Shown one piece after another: positions 43,158 through 52,819 of a DNA stretch of 64,000 nucleotides (position 1 is the stretch's first letter; every line of letters starts with the position of its first letter). Below the pieces are notes generated by a model, which was given only the letters and a program-made list of their open reading frames with translations, was not told the DNA's origin and did no database searches. Position numbers and translations under genes: made by a program. The DNA comes from an uncultured delta proteobacterium (lineage in GTDB: Bacteria > Desulfobacterota > Syntrophorhabdia > Syntrophorhabdales > WCHB1-27): NCBI GenBank assembly GCA_963810935.1, contig CAWEPK010000017.1, positions 96,001-160,000 of the forward strand, written 5' to 3'.

Positions 43158-43250
43158 GAAAAGTTGAACGAAAGAAGGGCCAACGCCGTCAAAGGATATT
43201 TCATTGGCGAAGGGCTCATTTCACGGGATAGGCTTTCCATGATCGGGCTA
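43158..43250 (+). pseudogene. OmpA C-terminal domain fragment
   Basis: KLNERRANAVKGYFIGEGLISRDRLSMIG resembles OmpA LS.RRA.AV..YL...GI...R....G; no N-terminus or RBS. Confidence 0.6.
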
Positions 43251-43367
43251 TGTAAAAGGAGGTGGTCAGCCGGTTCTGGAAAAGCTTGCGAGTGGCGCGA
43301 CATCTTTAACAGAAAAGATTTCGTAATCGGCCGTTTCAGTCAAATATACTAAAGAGGAGTAATCGTT

Positions 43368-43682
43368 ATGAAAACAAGGAATGTGTTTATCGGCTATCTG
43401 GTCCTTCTTATGCTTGTCGCCACCTTTGCGGCCTGTTCCTCGACACGCACGCATGAAAGCACGGGCGAATACGTGGACGATTCGACCATCACGACAAAGG
43501 TAAAAGCTCTGCTTGCCGAAGATCATTTTGTCAAGTCGTTCCAGATCGGGGTCGAGACTTACAAGGGTACGGTCCAGTTGAGCGGCTTTGTTAATTCTCA
43601 GAACGCCGTCAACAAAGCGGGGGAGATCGCAACGAGCGTCAAGGGAGTCAAATCGGTAAAGAATAACCTGGTCGTGAAATAG
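43368..43682 (+). CDS. BON-domain (OsmY-like) lipoprotein
   Basis: Lipobox FAAC; GEYVDDS.ITTKVKA, VET..G.VQLSGFV, V.GV.SVKNNL. Confidence 0.92.
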   Translation: MKTRNVFIGYLVLLMLVATFAACSSTRTHESTGEYVDDSTITTKVKALLAEDHFVKSFQIGVETYKGTVQLSGFVNSQNAVNKAGEIATSVKGVKSVKNNLVVK

Positions 43683-43787
43683 ACGATTGCTATCCTTATC
43701 ACGGATAGAGCGAAAGGTGGCCGCGTGAAGATTTCGACGTTCCCTCGCCGGCGCACGCGGCCGACCAAGCTCCGTCGGGCCCTTCTA

Positions 43788-45116
43788 TCAAATAGGGAAG
43801 GGGTACTGTCCTGACAGACACGCCTCGCAAAAGTCCGTGCCGCTAAACTCCCTCAGCTCTTTGGTGGACAGATATCTGAACGTATCCACCCTCAGCAGGT
43901 TCTTGAGGTCTTCGTCCGTCCTGTTCGTCCCCAGAAGCTCGCCGGGCTTGGCCATCGCCATGCCCATGAAGCAGGGATAACGCGGCGGCGGCGCGGTGAC
44001 GCGGAGGTGTATCTTCTTCGCCCCTGCCTCCCGCAGCTTCGGGATCAGGACCATCGTCGTCGATCCCCTCACGAGGATAGTGTCGATGAGCATGATCTCC
44101 TTGCCCTTCACCATCTCGCGGTTGATCTGGAAGCGCATCTCGGCCTTTTCGAGCCTGTCCTTCTCCTTCGGGATGATGAATATCCGGCCTATCTCGCCTA
44201 CGGTGCTGATGATCTCCTTGTAGGGGATGCGCGTAGCGCCGTGAAAGCCGAGGGCGCCGGGGATGGCCGCCCGTGGGATGGGCACGACCATGTCGGCCTT
44301 CTGGGTCTCGCCCTTTGCCAGCCTCGCCCCGACCTTCTCCCTGAACTCGTAAACGTTTCTGGAGAACACATTGCTGGCCGGCGAAGCGAAGTCGAGGACC
44401 TCAAGGATGCAGGGCCTCGGGCGCGCAGGCGCGAACCTGACGGGCCTCGCCTCGTCACCATCGATGACGACCATCTGGCCGGGCTCGACGTCCCCGATCC
44501 AGTCGAACCTGTCCCTGAACGCGCACGTCTCGGAGGCAACCGCCCACTCGTAGTCCCCCTCTTCTCCCCTGCGCCCGATTGAAAGGGGCCTGAAGCCGAA
44601 GGGGTCGCGGGCCGCGATCAGTCTGCCTTTGTGCAGGATTATCAGGCTGAAGGCCGTCTCCCGGCCGAGGGTGGCAAGCGTCTTCTTCGCCTTCTCCAGC
44701 ATATCCTCGCCTTGGGCCCTGGCGATCATCTGGAGGATGACCTCCGTGTCGGTATCCGTCTGGAAAAGGCCGTCGAGCCTTTCCATCATTTGCCTGTATC
44801 TGGGGAAATGGCCGTTATGGACTACGGCGATCTTCTCCTTTTTGGCGGTGCCGATGATAGGCTGTGAATTCCGTTCGCTCGCTTCTCCGGCCGTGGGATA
44901 ACGGACGTGACCGACGGCCACCGAGCCGTAGTGGGGGCGGTTGACCGTGGGATGGCGAAAGATCGAGCCCATCATGCGGACCTCCGAGAAGGAGCCGTCT
45001 TTCAAGCCCGATACGATGCCCCAGCTCTCCTGCCCCCGATGGGAAAGGTTTTCAAGCCCGGTCCGCACCTCGACGAAGGCGTTTCCCCTGCCGATAAACC
45101 CGAATATTCCGCTCAT
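43788..45116 (-). CDS. Amidophosphoribosyltransferase (PurF)-like protein with degenerate active sites
   Basis: HRGQE, GHVRYPTAG, HNG, RDPFGFRPL, ASET and Fe-S cysteines present; begins MSGIFG (no Cys1); ATG at 45116 after AAAGGAG. Confidence 0.82.
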   Translation of the reverse strand: MSGIFGFIGRGNAFVEVRTGLENLSHRGQESWGIVSGLKDGSFSEVRMMGSIFRHPTVNRPHYGSVAVGHVRYPTAGEASERNSQPIIGTAKKEKIAVVHNGHFPRYRQMMERLDGLFQTDTDTEVILQMIARAQGEDMLEKAKKTLATLGRETAFSLIILHKGRLIAARDPFGFRPLSIGRRGEEGDYEWAVASETCAFRDRFDWIGDVEPGQMVVIDGDEARPVRFAPARPRPCILEVLDFASPASNVFSRNVYEFREKVGARLAKGETQKADMVVPIPRAAIPGALGFHGATRIPYKEIISTVGEIGRIFIIPKEKDRLEKAEMRFQINREMVKGKEIMLIDTILVRGSTTMVLIPKLREAGAKKIHLRVTAPPPRYPCFMGMAMAKPGELLGTNRTDEDLKNLLRVDTFRYLSTKELREFSGTDFCEACLSGQYPFPI

Positions 45117-45307
45117 CTCATCTCCTTTAAATGTGCAGGAAGTTCCTGCCGGCCGTGATATTATATCATGACGGCTTTCAGGTAGATAGCGGGCGGCCGC
45201 ACGTGCCGGGGGGAGGCACGCTACCCTCATACGCCGGCCCGATTTATGGTTTAAAAAACCATCCGTTTTGTGTTAATATGAGACAAACAACAGACAAGGA
45301 GCGGACT

Positions 45308-45412
45308 ATGGCTAAGAGCCACGACGTGAAAAAGGATGCCAAGAAGCCGGCTGGCAAGTCGCTGAAGGAAAAGAGGGTCGCGAAGAAAGAGAAGAAGGCT
45401 TCGAAGTCCTGA
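45308..45412 (+). CDS. 34-aa Lys-rich small protein
   Basis: AAGGAG RBS; MAKSHDVKKDAKKPAGKSLKEKRVAKKEKKASKS. Confidence 0.75.
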   Translation: MAKSHDVKKDAKKPAGKSLKEKRVAKKEKKASKS

Positions 45413-45459
45413 CAGGCCTTTATTTTTTCTTTCGCTCTGCTTTTCGCCCCTGACCGGCG

Positions 45460-45699
45460 CTATCCGCCCGCAACCGGCGGAAAAACGCTCAGGACGTCGC
45501 CGTCGTTCAATACGCGGTCCGGCTCGGAGTGCGTACCGTTCACTATTACGATCTTCGGCACGTCCTCCGGCAGGCCCAATCCTCCCACAACCTCGCCCGC
45601 GGTCGTCTCCCGGTCCAACACCTTAAAGAACGAGTAGCCAACGCATCCCGCGGGCAGGAACTCACGGAACGTGGCGAAAAGGCGCACCTCGATCTTCAC
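45460..45699 (-). CDS. MoaD/ThiS-family sulfur carrier
   Basis: VRLFATFRE, IVNG, L.DGD.LSVFPPVAGG C-terminus. Confidence 0.92.
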   Translation of the reverse strand: MKIEVRLFATFREFLPAGCVGYSFFKVLDRETTAGEVVGGLGLPEDVPKIVIVNGTHSEPDRVLNDGDVLSVFPPVAGG

Positions 45700-45714
45700 G
45701 GTCCTCGCCTCGCC

Positions 45715-47299
45715 TCACCTGTAGCGCAGCTTGTAGCGCTGCATCTTGCCCGTCGCGCTTTTCGGCAGGGCGTCTACAAACTCGATCCACCTGGGGTACT
45801 TGAACTTTGCCAGCCTGTCGAGCACCCACTTTTTCAGCTCTTCCTCAAGCTCGGGGGAAGGTGCGCTCCCATCGCGGAGCACGACGAACGCTTTCGGCTT
45901 TATCAGGTCCTTATCGTCCGCCCTGCCGACGACAGCGACTTCGAGAACTGCCGGGTGTTCCATCATGCAGTTCTCCACCTCGACCGGCGACACCCAGATG
46001 CCGCCAACCTTCAGCATATCGTCGCCCCGGCCCGCGCACCAGTAATAGCCTTCCGGGTCCACGTAATACTTGTCGCCCGTGTTGATCCATTCGCCCTGCA
46101 TGGTCAGGCGCGTTTTTTCCCGTTTTCTCCAATACTGCTGCGCGGCGCTTCCGCCCTTCACGTAGAGTGTGCCTATCTCGCCCTTCGGGACCTCATGCGT
46201 CTCCTCGTCGACGAGCCGCAGCTCGTAGCCTGGCACGGGTTTGCCCGTCGAACCCGGCTTTATGTCGCCTGGGGAGTTGGAGATGAAGATATGGAGCATC
46301 TCCGTCGAGCCTATGCCGTCGAGGATATCGACGCCGAAGCGCGCCTTCCAGCGGTGATACAGGTCCGGCGGCAGCGCCTCGCCCGCCGACACGCATAGGC
46401 GGGTGGATGAGAACTCGTGCGGTGCGGCAGGGTCGGGCGATATACCGGCCTCGCGGTCCTTCTTGTCCTTGTATTCGAGGATCTGGCCGTAAAGCGTCGG
46501 CACGCCGAAGAAGACCGTCGGGCGGAAGCGCGTCATGTGACGCAGGACGCTTTCGGGGTTCGGCGGGCCCGAGGCTGAGGACAACCGAGCCGCCCACCGA
46601 GAACGGCAGGTAACAGGCATTGCCGAGGCCGTACGCGAAGAAGAGGCGCGCCGCGGAAAAGACGATGTCTTTCTCCGTCAGGTCGAGCACCTCCTTGCCG
46701 AACGCGTCCGACACGGCCACCATGTCGTACTGGGAATGGATCGCGCCCTTCGGCGAGCCGGTCGAGCCGGAGCTGTAAAGCCAGAAGCAGACGTCGTCTT
46801 TCGTCGTATTCTCCGTCTTCACTTCTTTCGGGGCCCTGCGGTACATCTGGCGGAAAGGCACATGGGCGCCCTTCGTTTCCGATATGACGATCATATCCCG
46901 CAGGTACGTGAGGTCCCCCTCGATCTTCGTGATCACGGGGATAAGCTGCTCGGAGACGACGAGCACGCGCGCGTGGCTGTCGTTGAGATAGTATTCATAA
47001 TCGTTGGGAGTAAGCATCGTGTTGACGGGAATGGGCACCGCGCCTATCTTGATCGCGCCCCAGAAGACCGCGTAGAACTGCGGCACGTCGAGCATCAGCA
47101 CAAGGATGCGGTCGTCGACGCGAACGCCTAAGTCCCTGAAGGCATTGGCCGTCTTGTTCGCCATCTTCTGGATGTCGTTGTACGTGTACTGTCTGCCCTC
47201 GGTATAGACTGCGACTTTTCCTCCGCGCCCTTCCCGTATATTGCGGTCCAGGAAGTAATCCGTAGCGTTGAAAAACTCGGCCGGCTCACCGTGAACCAT
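45715..47299 (-). CDS. Benzoate-CoA ligase family protein, one frameshift near 46572
   Basis: FWLYSSGSTGSPKG and ARLFFAYGLGN (ORF 46193..47299) continue into PTVFFGVPTLY, SAGEALP, DGIGSTEMLHIF, GRGDDMLKVGG, LPKSATGK (ORF 45715..46620). Confidence 0.9.
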
Positions 47300-47331
47300 G
47301 ACTCACCCTCCTTTTGTATGTCGTGGCCTGC

Positions 47332-48717
47332 TCAAATAGCGAACTCTTCTCCCCTGTGGGGAACATGCGTCTTGAAACCAAGCTTCTCGGTCACCAGTTC
47401 GGCAAAACCGACTGCCACGCTTTCTTCGCCGTGCACCACGAAGACCTCGGGCGCGCCGCTGAAAGCGGAGACCCACTCCAAAAGGCCGTCCCTGTCAGCG
47501 TGGGCGGAAAAACCGTTTATGGTGTAAACCTTCGCCCGCACGGCGATCTCCTCACCCATGATGTGGACCGGGGACAGGCCGTCCACGATACGCCTGCCGA
47601 GCGTGCCACGCGCCTGGAACCCTGTAAAGACTATACCGCACTCGGGCCTCCAGAGGTTGTGCTTCAGGTGGTGGGCTACCCTGCCCCCGTCGCACATGCC
47701 GCTCCCCGCCATGATGATGGCCCCGGACTTGATCTTGTTGATCGCCTGCGACTCCTGCACTGACTGCGTGAAATGGAGCCGAAGGGCGCCGCTGCCGTTT
47801 CCTTTGCGGTTATCCCAGACCTTACGCGCTTCCGGGTTGAAATACTCCGCATGTTTAGTATATATCTTCGTAACTGCGTCCGCCAAAGGGCTGTCGATAT
47901 ATATGTCGAGCGGCGGCAGCCGCTTCTGTGTGACAAGCTCGTTGAGGATGTAAAGCATGTCCTGCGTCCTGCCGACTGCGAAGGTCGGCATGATGACGTT
48001 GCCTCCCCTCTTGAACGTGATCTTGATCGCGTCCACCAGCTCGTCAATGCTCTCCTTCATCTCTTTGTGGAGGCGGTTGCCGTACGTCGATTCCATTACG
48101 ACGTAGTCCGCGGACGCCGCCGACTTGGGGTCCGCTATGATCGGGTTGTGCCGCTTTCCGATGTCGCCGGAGAAGACGATCTTTTTCTGCGAGGGCCCAT
48201 CCTGGTACCACAGCTCGAAAGTCCCGGAGCCGAGGATATGGCCCGCGTCGACGAAGCAGTAACGGAAGCCCGCCTCCAGGCGGCCCGTCTCGCCGTACTT
48301 CACCTTGTTGAAAAACGGGACGGCGGCCTTCACGTCCTCTACCGTATAGAGGGGGTCGAATACCTCGTCTTTGCCTTTCCTCAGGGCCTTCTTTGTCTTC
48401 CATTCGGCCTCCTTCTCCTGGATGTGGGCCGAGTCGTAAAGCATGATTTCCGTAAGCTCCGCGGTAGCGTCGGTAGTGATGATCCGCCCCTTGAACCCCT
48501 CTTTGACCAGCTTAGGGACGAGTCCCGAATGGTCGATGTGGGCGTGGGTGAGGAAAAGACAATCTATCTCGGAGGGCTGAAATGCAAAGGTGTTATGGTT
48601 CTCCGCGTTCTCGCCCTGCTGCATTCCGCAATCGACAAGCATCTGCACGCCGTTGGTCGATAAGTGGTAGCATGATCCCGTCACCTGCCTTGCCGCGCCT
48701 AAGAATCTAAGTTTCAT
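47332..48717 (-). CDS. MBL-fold beta-CASP RNA-processing hydrolase
   Basis: GAA..VTGS, THAHIDHSG, AGHILGS, FSGD.G, MESTYG.R, FSAHAD, VHGE; ATG at 48717. Confidence 0.92.
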   Translation of the reverse strand: MKLRFLGAARQVTGSCYHLSTNGVQMLVDCGMQQGENAENHNTFAFQPSEIDCLFLTHAHIDHSGLVPKLVKEGFKGRIITTDATAELTEIMLYDSAHIQEKEAEWKTKKALRKGKDEVFDPLYTVEDVKAAVPFFNKVKYGETGRLEAGFRYCFVDAGHILGSGTFELWYQDGPSQKKIVFSGDIGKRHNPIIADPKSAASADYVVMESTYGNRLHKEMKESIDELVDAIKITFKRGGNVIMPTFAVGRTQDMLYILNELVTQKRLPPLDIYIDSPLADAVTKIYTKHAEYFNPEARKVWDNRKGNGSGALRLHFTQSVQESQAINKIKSGAIIMAGSGMCDGGRVAHHLKHNLWRPECGIVFTGFQARGTLGRRIVDGLSPVHIMGEEIAVRAKVYTINGFSAHADRDGLLEWVSAFSGAPEVFVVHGEESVAVGFAELVTEKLGFKTHVPHRGEEFAI

Positions 48718-48849
48718 AGATACCCCCTGGTATGCGAATTCTATCACAGCAGGCGCCGATCGACAAGGAGCCGCCTGGGGCCGGCGCGTCATTGCACTTC
48801 ACGGGCTTTTAGCAGACTGCATTTGTGGTATAGTAATGCCTAGGCCCTG

Positions 48850-49812
48850 ATGAAAAAAATACTCGTTTTCGCGCATAATATTGCGGCGATCCAAAACCCC
48901 AACGGCTACCGCATCGAGCAATATTTCCCCTATCTGGAGCGGGCCGGGTTCGCAGTCCGCCGCATCACCACAAGGACTGGCGTCGCCGCCCTTGCAGCCG
49001 CGCTGCGGGAGGCCGACGTAGTCTACGTGCAGCGGCTCCTCCCCGACATCGGGAAACGCTATCTTCTGAAGACCTTCGCGAAAAAGGTCGTTTTCGACTT
49101 CGACGACGCCATCATGTACGGCAGCAAAAAAGAGAGCCGGACGCGAAGGGGCAGGTTCAGGAGCATGATACAACTCTCGGATGCGGTCCTCTGCGGCAAC
49201 GGCTTTCTGGCGTCCGAGGCGAAAAGGTATAAGGAAACGAACGTTTTCTGCGTGCCCACAGTGGTCGATACGGACGATTACCCGGTCAAGGAGCACAGGG
49301 CTTCCGCGGCCCTTGCGGTCGGCTGGATGGGCGGGGCATCGACGCTGCGGTACCTCCAGGACATATCATCGCTTCTGGCATCGCCGCCGGACCGCGTATC
49401 CTTCAAGGTCGTGGCCGACAGGCGGCCGGAGATCGCACGCGCGCAGGTCGAGTTCGAGGCGTGGAGCGGAGAAGCGGAAAAAAGGATGCTCCTCGGTTTT
49501 GACGCAGGCGTCATGCCGGCCAGGGACGACGCCTGGTCGCGGGGCAAATGCGGGCTGAAGCTCATCCAGTACGCGGCGTCCGGCCTGCCGTCCATATCGC
49601 ACCCGTTCGGCGTCTCGAACGAGATCGTGGAAGACGGGGCGAGCGGTTTCTTAAGGCGCGATATCGACGGGTGGCGCGAGGCAATCGAGCGGCTGCGCGA
49701 CGATGCGGAGCTGCGGAAGCGGATGGGGAAGAGGGCGAGGGAAATAGCGGAAGAAAGGTACTCCCTGAAGGTGTGGGGGCCGCGCGTGGCGGAGATTATC
49801 GGCGGGTTGTAA
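48850..49812 (+). CDS. Glycosyltransferase family 4
   Basis: FDFDDAI, PTVVD, GKCGLKLIQY.ASGLP, MGKRARE. Confidence 0.88.
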   Translation: MKKILVFAHNIAAIQNPNGYRIEQYFPYLERAGFAVRRITTRTGVAALAAALREADVVYVQRLLPDIGKRYLLKTFAKKVVFDFDDAIMYGSKKESRTRRGRFRSMIQLSDAVLCGNGFLASEAKRYKETNVFCVPTVVDTDDYPVKEHRASAALAVGWMGGASTLRYLQDISSLLASPPDRVSFKVVADRRPEIARAQVEFEAWSGEAEKRMLLGFDAGVMPARDDAWSRGKCGLKLIQYAASGLPSISHPFGVSNEIVEDGASGFLRRDIDGWREAIERLRDDAELRKRMGKRAREIAEERYSLKVWGPRVAEIIGGL

Positions 49813-49840
49813 TGTCCGGACCGTCGTCTATCGTGTCGTT

Positions 49841-50557
49841 TTAAAATAAAGAGGTGAAAAAGCAAAGGCGTTTCTTCTTGGCCGGACTCGCGCCTGTTCG
49901 ATCGCGGCCCACGTCGGCTACGGTCCCCATCAGGACGGCGGGTTTCGCTGAGGCGTCGAGCCACCCGAGGACGAGCAGCATCGCCTCCTCCGACATGGAG
50001 ACGCACCCTTCGGTCGGCACCCCGGCCGCCTTCCACACGTGGAAGAATATTGCGCTTCCCAGTCCTTTGACAACGGGGTCCGTGTTGTATTCGACGACTA
50101 TGCCGTACTTGTACAGGTCGTCGTCCCGCCTCATCTTCTCGACCGCGGCCGCGGGCGCGCCCCTGACCCACCTGTTGTAATCAGGCGAATCGATATCGTT
50201 CACCCAAAAGTCGTCTTCCCCTGTCTGCCGGTAAGACATGCCCGTATCGACCGACGGCGGATAGCCGAACGCACACCCCAGCCCGAACAGGCCGCTCGGG
50301 GTCCTGCCGTCCCCCTCCCTCTTTTCGCCCGGCGGCGCAAAACCACCCTTGCCTATGTTGCCGCTCACGGGCCCGGACGCCACGTGCCACCGGCCGGACA
50401 CACATTCAAGCACATAGACGGCCGCCTCGCAGGACGCAGCATCGAAGTTCGCCACAAGAAGGACCTGCCGGCATTCACCCATACAATCGGGCCGCGAGGC
50501 GATGGATTCGACAAACCGGACGGCCTGTTCTCTCGTCGGAAACGCCATGGCCCGCAT
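49841..50557 (-). CDS. L,D-transpeptidase (YkuD) family protein
   Basis: K.EGDGRTP.G.F, GSAIFFH, PTEGC. Confidence 0.88.
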   Translation of the reverse strand: MRAMAFPTREQAVRFVESIASRPDCMGECRQVLLVANFDAASCEAAVYVLECVSGRWHVASGPVSGNIGKGGFAPPGEKREGDGRTPSGLFGLGCAFGYPPSVDTGMSYRQTGEDDFWVNDIDSPDYNRWVRGAPAAAVEKMRRDDDLYKYGIVVEYNTDPVVKGLGSAIFFHVWKAAGVPTEGCVSMSEEAMLLVLGWLDASAKPAVLMGTVADVGRDRTGASPAKKKRLCFFTSLF

Positions 50558-50887
50558 TCTAACACGTATCGAAGCAGTCTGCCAGGGGGGTCAAAGGGTG
50601 GGTAGGGGCCGGGACTTTCCGCGCCTTTCAAGCCGATTGTAAAACGCGGTGCGGCGAGAGGCTTTTCTTGCAATACAACATTACTCCCGGCTATGATTAA
50701 TACGTGGCGGAAGCGCAGGACGCGGTGGCAGAGCGAAAAAGAAGCCTGTCGCCCTTTCCTTCGGCGCTGGCAAAGGGTTCCAGGCGGTGTTATATTTCAA
50801 GAATAATCGTAGGATCCGGTGCTCCCGGCAAGTCCGGGAATGAGACCTTGCGGCATCACGCCGCGAAGATGCAAAAGGGGAACGTTT

Positions 50888-51298
50888 ATGACGAAGCATG
50901 TGGTATCGACCGTTACGCTGATACTGGTCGTCTTGTTGTGCGGTGCCGCAAGAGCGAATGATGCGCACATGATGACGAAGGAGCAACTCCTTCCCATGCT
51001 GGGAAAGCCCGATGTTATCATCATTGATGTGCGTACGAATTATGACTGGGACAAGAGCAGCATGAAGATCAAAGGGGCCGTGAGGGAAGAGGGGATGAAG
51101 TTCGCTTCCTGGATGAACAAGTACCCCAGGGACAAGACAATCGTCCTTTACTGCGCCTGAGTGAACGATTCTACAAGTGTCAGTTTGACACAGGCGTATC
51201 TGAAGGCGGGCTACGAGAGAGTTTACTATCTAAAGGGCGGCATAAAGGGCGCCTGGGAGGATTGGGTTAAGGCCAAGTATCCGGTAGAACCCAAGTAG
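50888..51298 (+). CDS. Exported rhodanese-domain selenoprotein (in-frame TGA at 51158-51160, C-A-U)
   Basis: Signal peptide, IIDVR, IKGAVR, IVLYCA-TGA, then in-frame continuation VNDSTSVSLTQAYLKAGYERVYYLKGG...W..AKYPVEPK completing the rhodanese fold. Confidence 0.85.
51161..51195 (+). promoter_or_regulatory. Candidate bacterial SECIS element
   Basis: Hairpin GTGTCA-GTT-TGACAC (51177-51191) starting 16 nt after the UGA, G in the apical loop. Confidence 0.65.
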
Positions 51299-51350
51299 CT
51301 TCCCCGGCGAGCGAGAGAGTCTTAGCCGCTACATAACCTCGTTCTTCCCT

Positions 51351-51815
51351 TCACCACAAAAGGCGGAGTTTGTCGCTCCACCTCGAAGGCAGTCTGTTCC
51401 CCAGAGAGAGCCAATGACGGCTGTGCCCCGGTGAGAAAAGGACTGCCAGCGCAAGCAGGAAAACTGCCGGGTCCAGATAGATGCTCCACGACGCCATAGT
51501 CGATCCGATGGCGCCGAAGCAGCCGCATTCCATATCTGCCCCGCGAGACAGCAGGACAGCCTTGGCAATAAAGAAAGAGGTGCTCAGCAAGGCGATGCCG
51601 AGAGCGGACAGACGGGTCAACACGCCGAACAGCAAACCGAGCGCGCAAGCGAGCTCGATGAATGGAAGGGCCCACCCGAAGCCTATCGCCAGCGGACCCG
51701 GCAGCAGGTCGAAATTGTAGACCATAGCGACCGAGTAGTGCTCGATATCCACGAGCTTCCCCAACGCGCCGACGAGGAAGGTCACGGCCAGGACCCAGCG
51801 GAAAACGAGTATCAC
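51351..51815 (-). CDS. MauE/DoxX family membrane protein
   Basis: LGKL, LP.IEL..ALGLL.G, CGCFG motif; reading frame is open upstream to 51881. Confidence 0.88.
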   Translation of the reverse strand: MILVFRWVLAVTFLVGALGKLVDIEHYSVAMVYNFDLLPGPLAIGFGWALPFIELACALGLLFGVLTRLSALGIALLSTSFFIAKAVLLSRGADMECGCFGAIGSTMASWSIYLDPAVFLLALAVLFSPGHSRHWLSLGNRLPSRWSDKLRLLW

Positions 51816-52285
51816 ATATCGATTTTCGAGGACCTTGCGTAGAATAGCGTCGCCTGCGCGGTCGGCAGAATGTTTTTTAATTGTTCACCTCCCATTAGCA
51901 ATCAGGCACGGGCCGGCAGAAGAACGTAACTATCCGCCAATCAGAGTAACTATAAGCCCGATCGTCCCGTATTTCAGGGTCGCGAGTCCATCCATACCGG
52001 AATGTGGCAGGGCTCAAGACAAAAGATGAAGTGATTTCGGGACTTATTGACTCGACTTGGGCTTCTTCTATCGAGATGTGGCTATGCCGGTCGGATTAGT
52101 GTTCCTTACTTAAATTGCGCGGCTCTTCTATCGAGACTCTCCAACATTTCGACCGGCATTACAGCCAGGATAACCCTGCCTTCACTTTTTTAAAATATAT
52201 TTGTGTAAAGACCCGTGCCGGCGATTACACTGTTAGTACGATCTTGTTTCGAGATCACGATAAATAAAAACTTGGAGGGTACGGT

Positions 52286-52639
52286 ATGAAGAAGGTATTG
52301 CCGGTAGCTTTAATGTTCGTTTTAGCGTTGGTGTTCGTGGGACACGCATTTGCCCAGGAAGGCGCTGGTGGAGCCGAATGGAGCAAGCAGGAATTCATGA
52401 ACAAGCTGTCCGTCGCCAAAGAGCACCAGTTGGCAGGTACGGTCGTCAGCCATGACCCGGTGTGTCATTGCGTCGTCATAAAGACGGCAAAAGGGGACAT
52501 GACCTTGCAGGACGACTACACCAAATTCATGCAGGACTACAACCAGGCAAAGGGGCTGAAGATAGGCTCCAAGGTGAAGGGGACGTATAAGACGGTCAAT
52601 CACATCCACTATCTCACGGACACCGACTACGCGATGTAG
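52286..52639 (+). CDS. Exported hypothetical protein (CHC motif)
   Basis: GGAGGG RBS, signal peptide ending AFA, followed by a terminator. Confidence 0.78.
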   Translation: MKKVLPVALMFVLALVFVGHAFAQEGAGGAEWSKQEFMNKLSVAKEHQLAGTVVSHDPVCHCVVIKTAKGDMTLQDDYTKFMQDYNQAKGLKIGSKVKGTYKTVNHIHYLTDTDYAM

Positions 52640-52662
52640 AAACACCTGCGTCGTAACCGCGT

Positions 52663-52704
52663 CAGAGAGAGGGGGCGAGACATGCCTCCCTCTCTCTTTT
52701 TTTT
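52663..52704 (+). terminator. Intrinsic terminator
   Basis: AGAGAGAGGGGGC...GCCTCCCTCTCTCT followed by a T-run. Confidence 0.8.
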
Positions 52705-52819
52705 CGGAAAGACAGCACAGCAGGCGCGGATTACTAAGGCTCTCGTATATCGACGTCTTAATATCCCACGCGATAGGTACAGTATAGCCCGCTCTTGCCG
52801 CCGCCTTATAATATCCTCT

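Noticed and set aside
50700..50880. Riboswitch in the rhodanese leader (hairpins CCCGG..CCGGG, GCGGC..GCCGC)
   Set aside because: No conserved core of a recognisable riboswitch class such as the B12 box.
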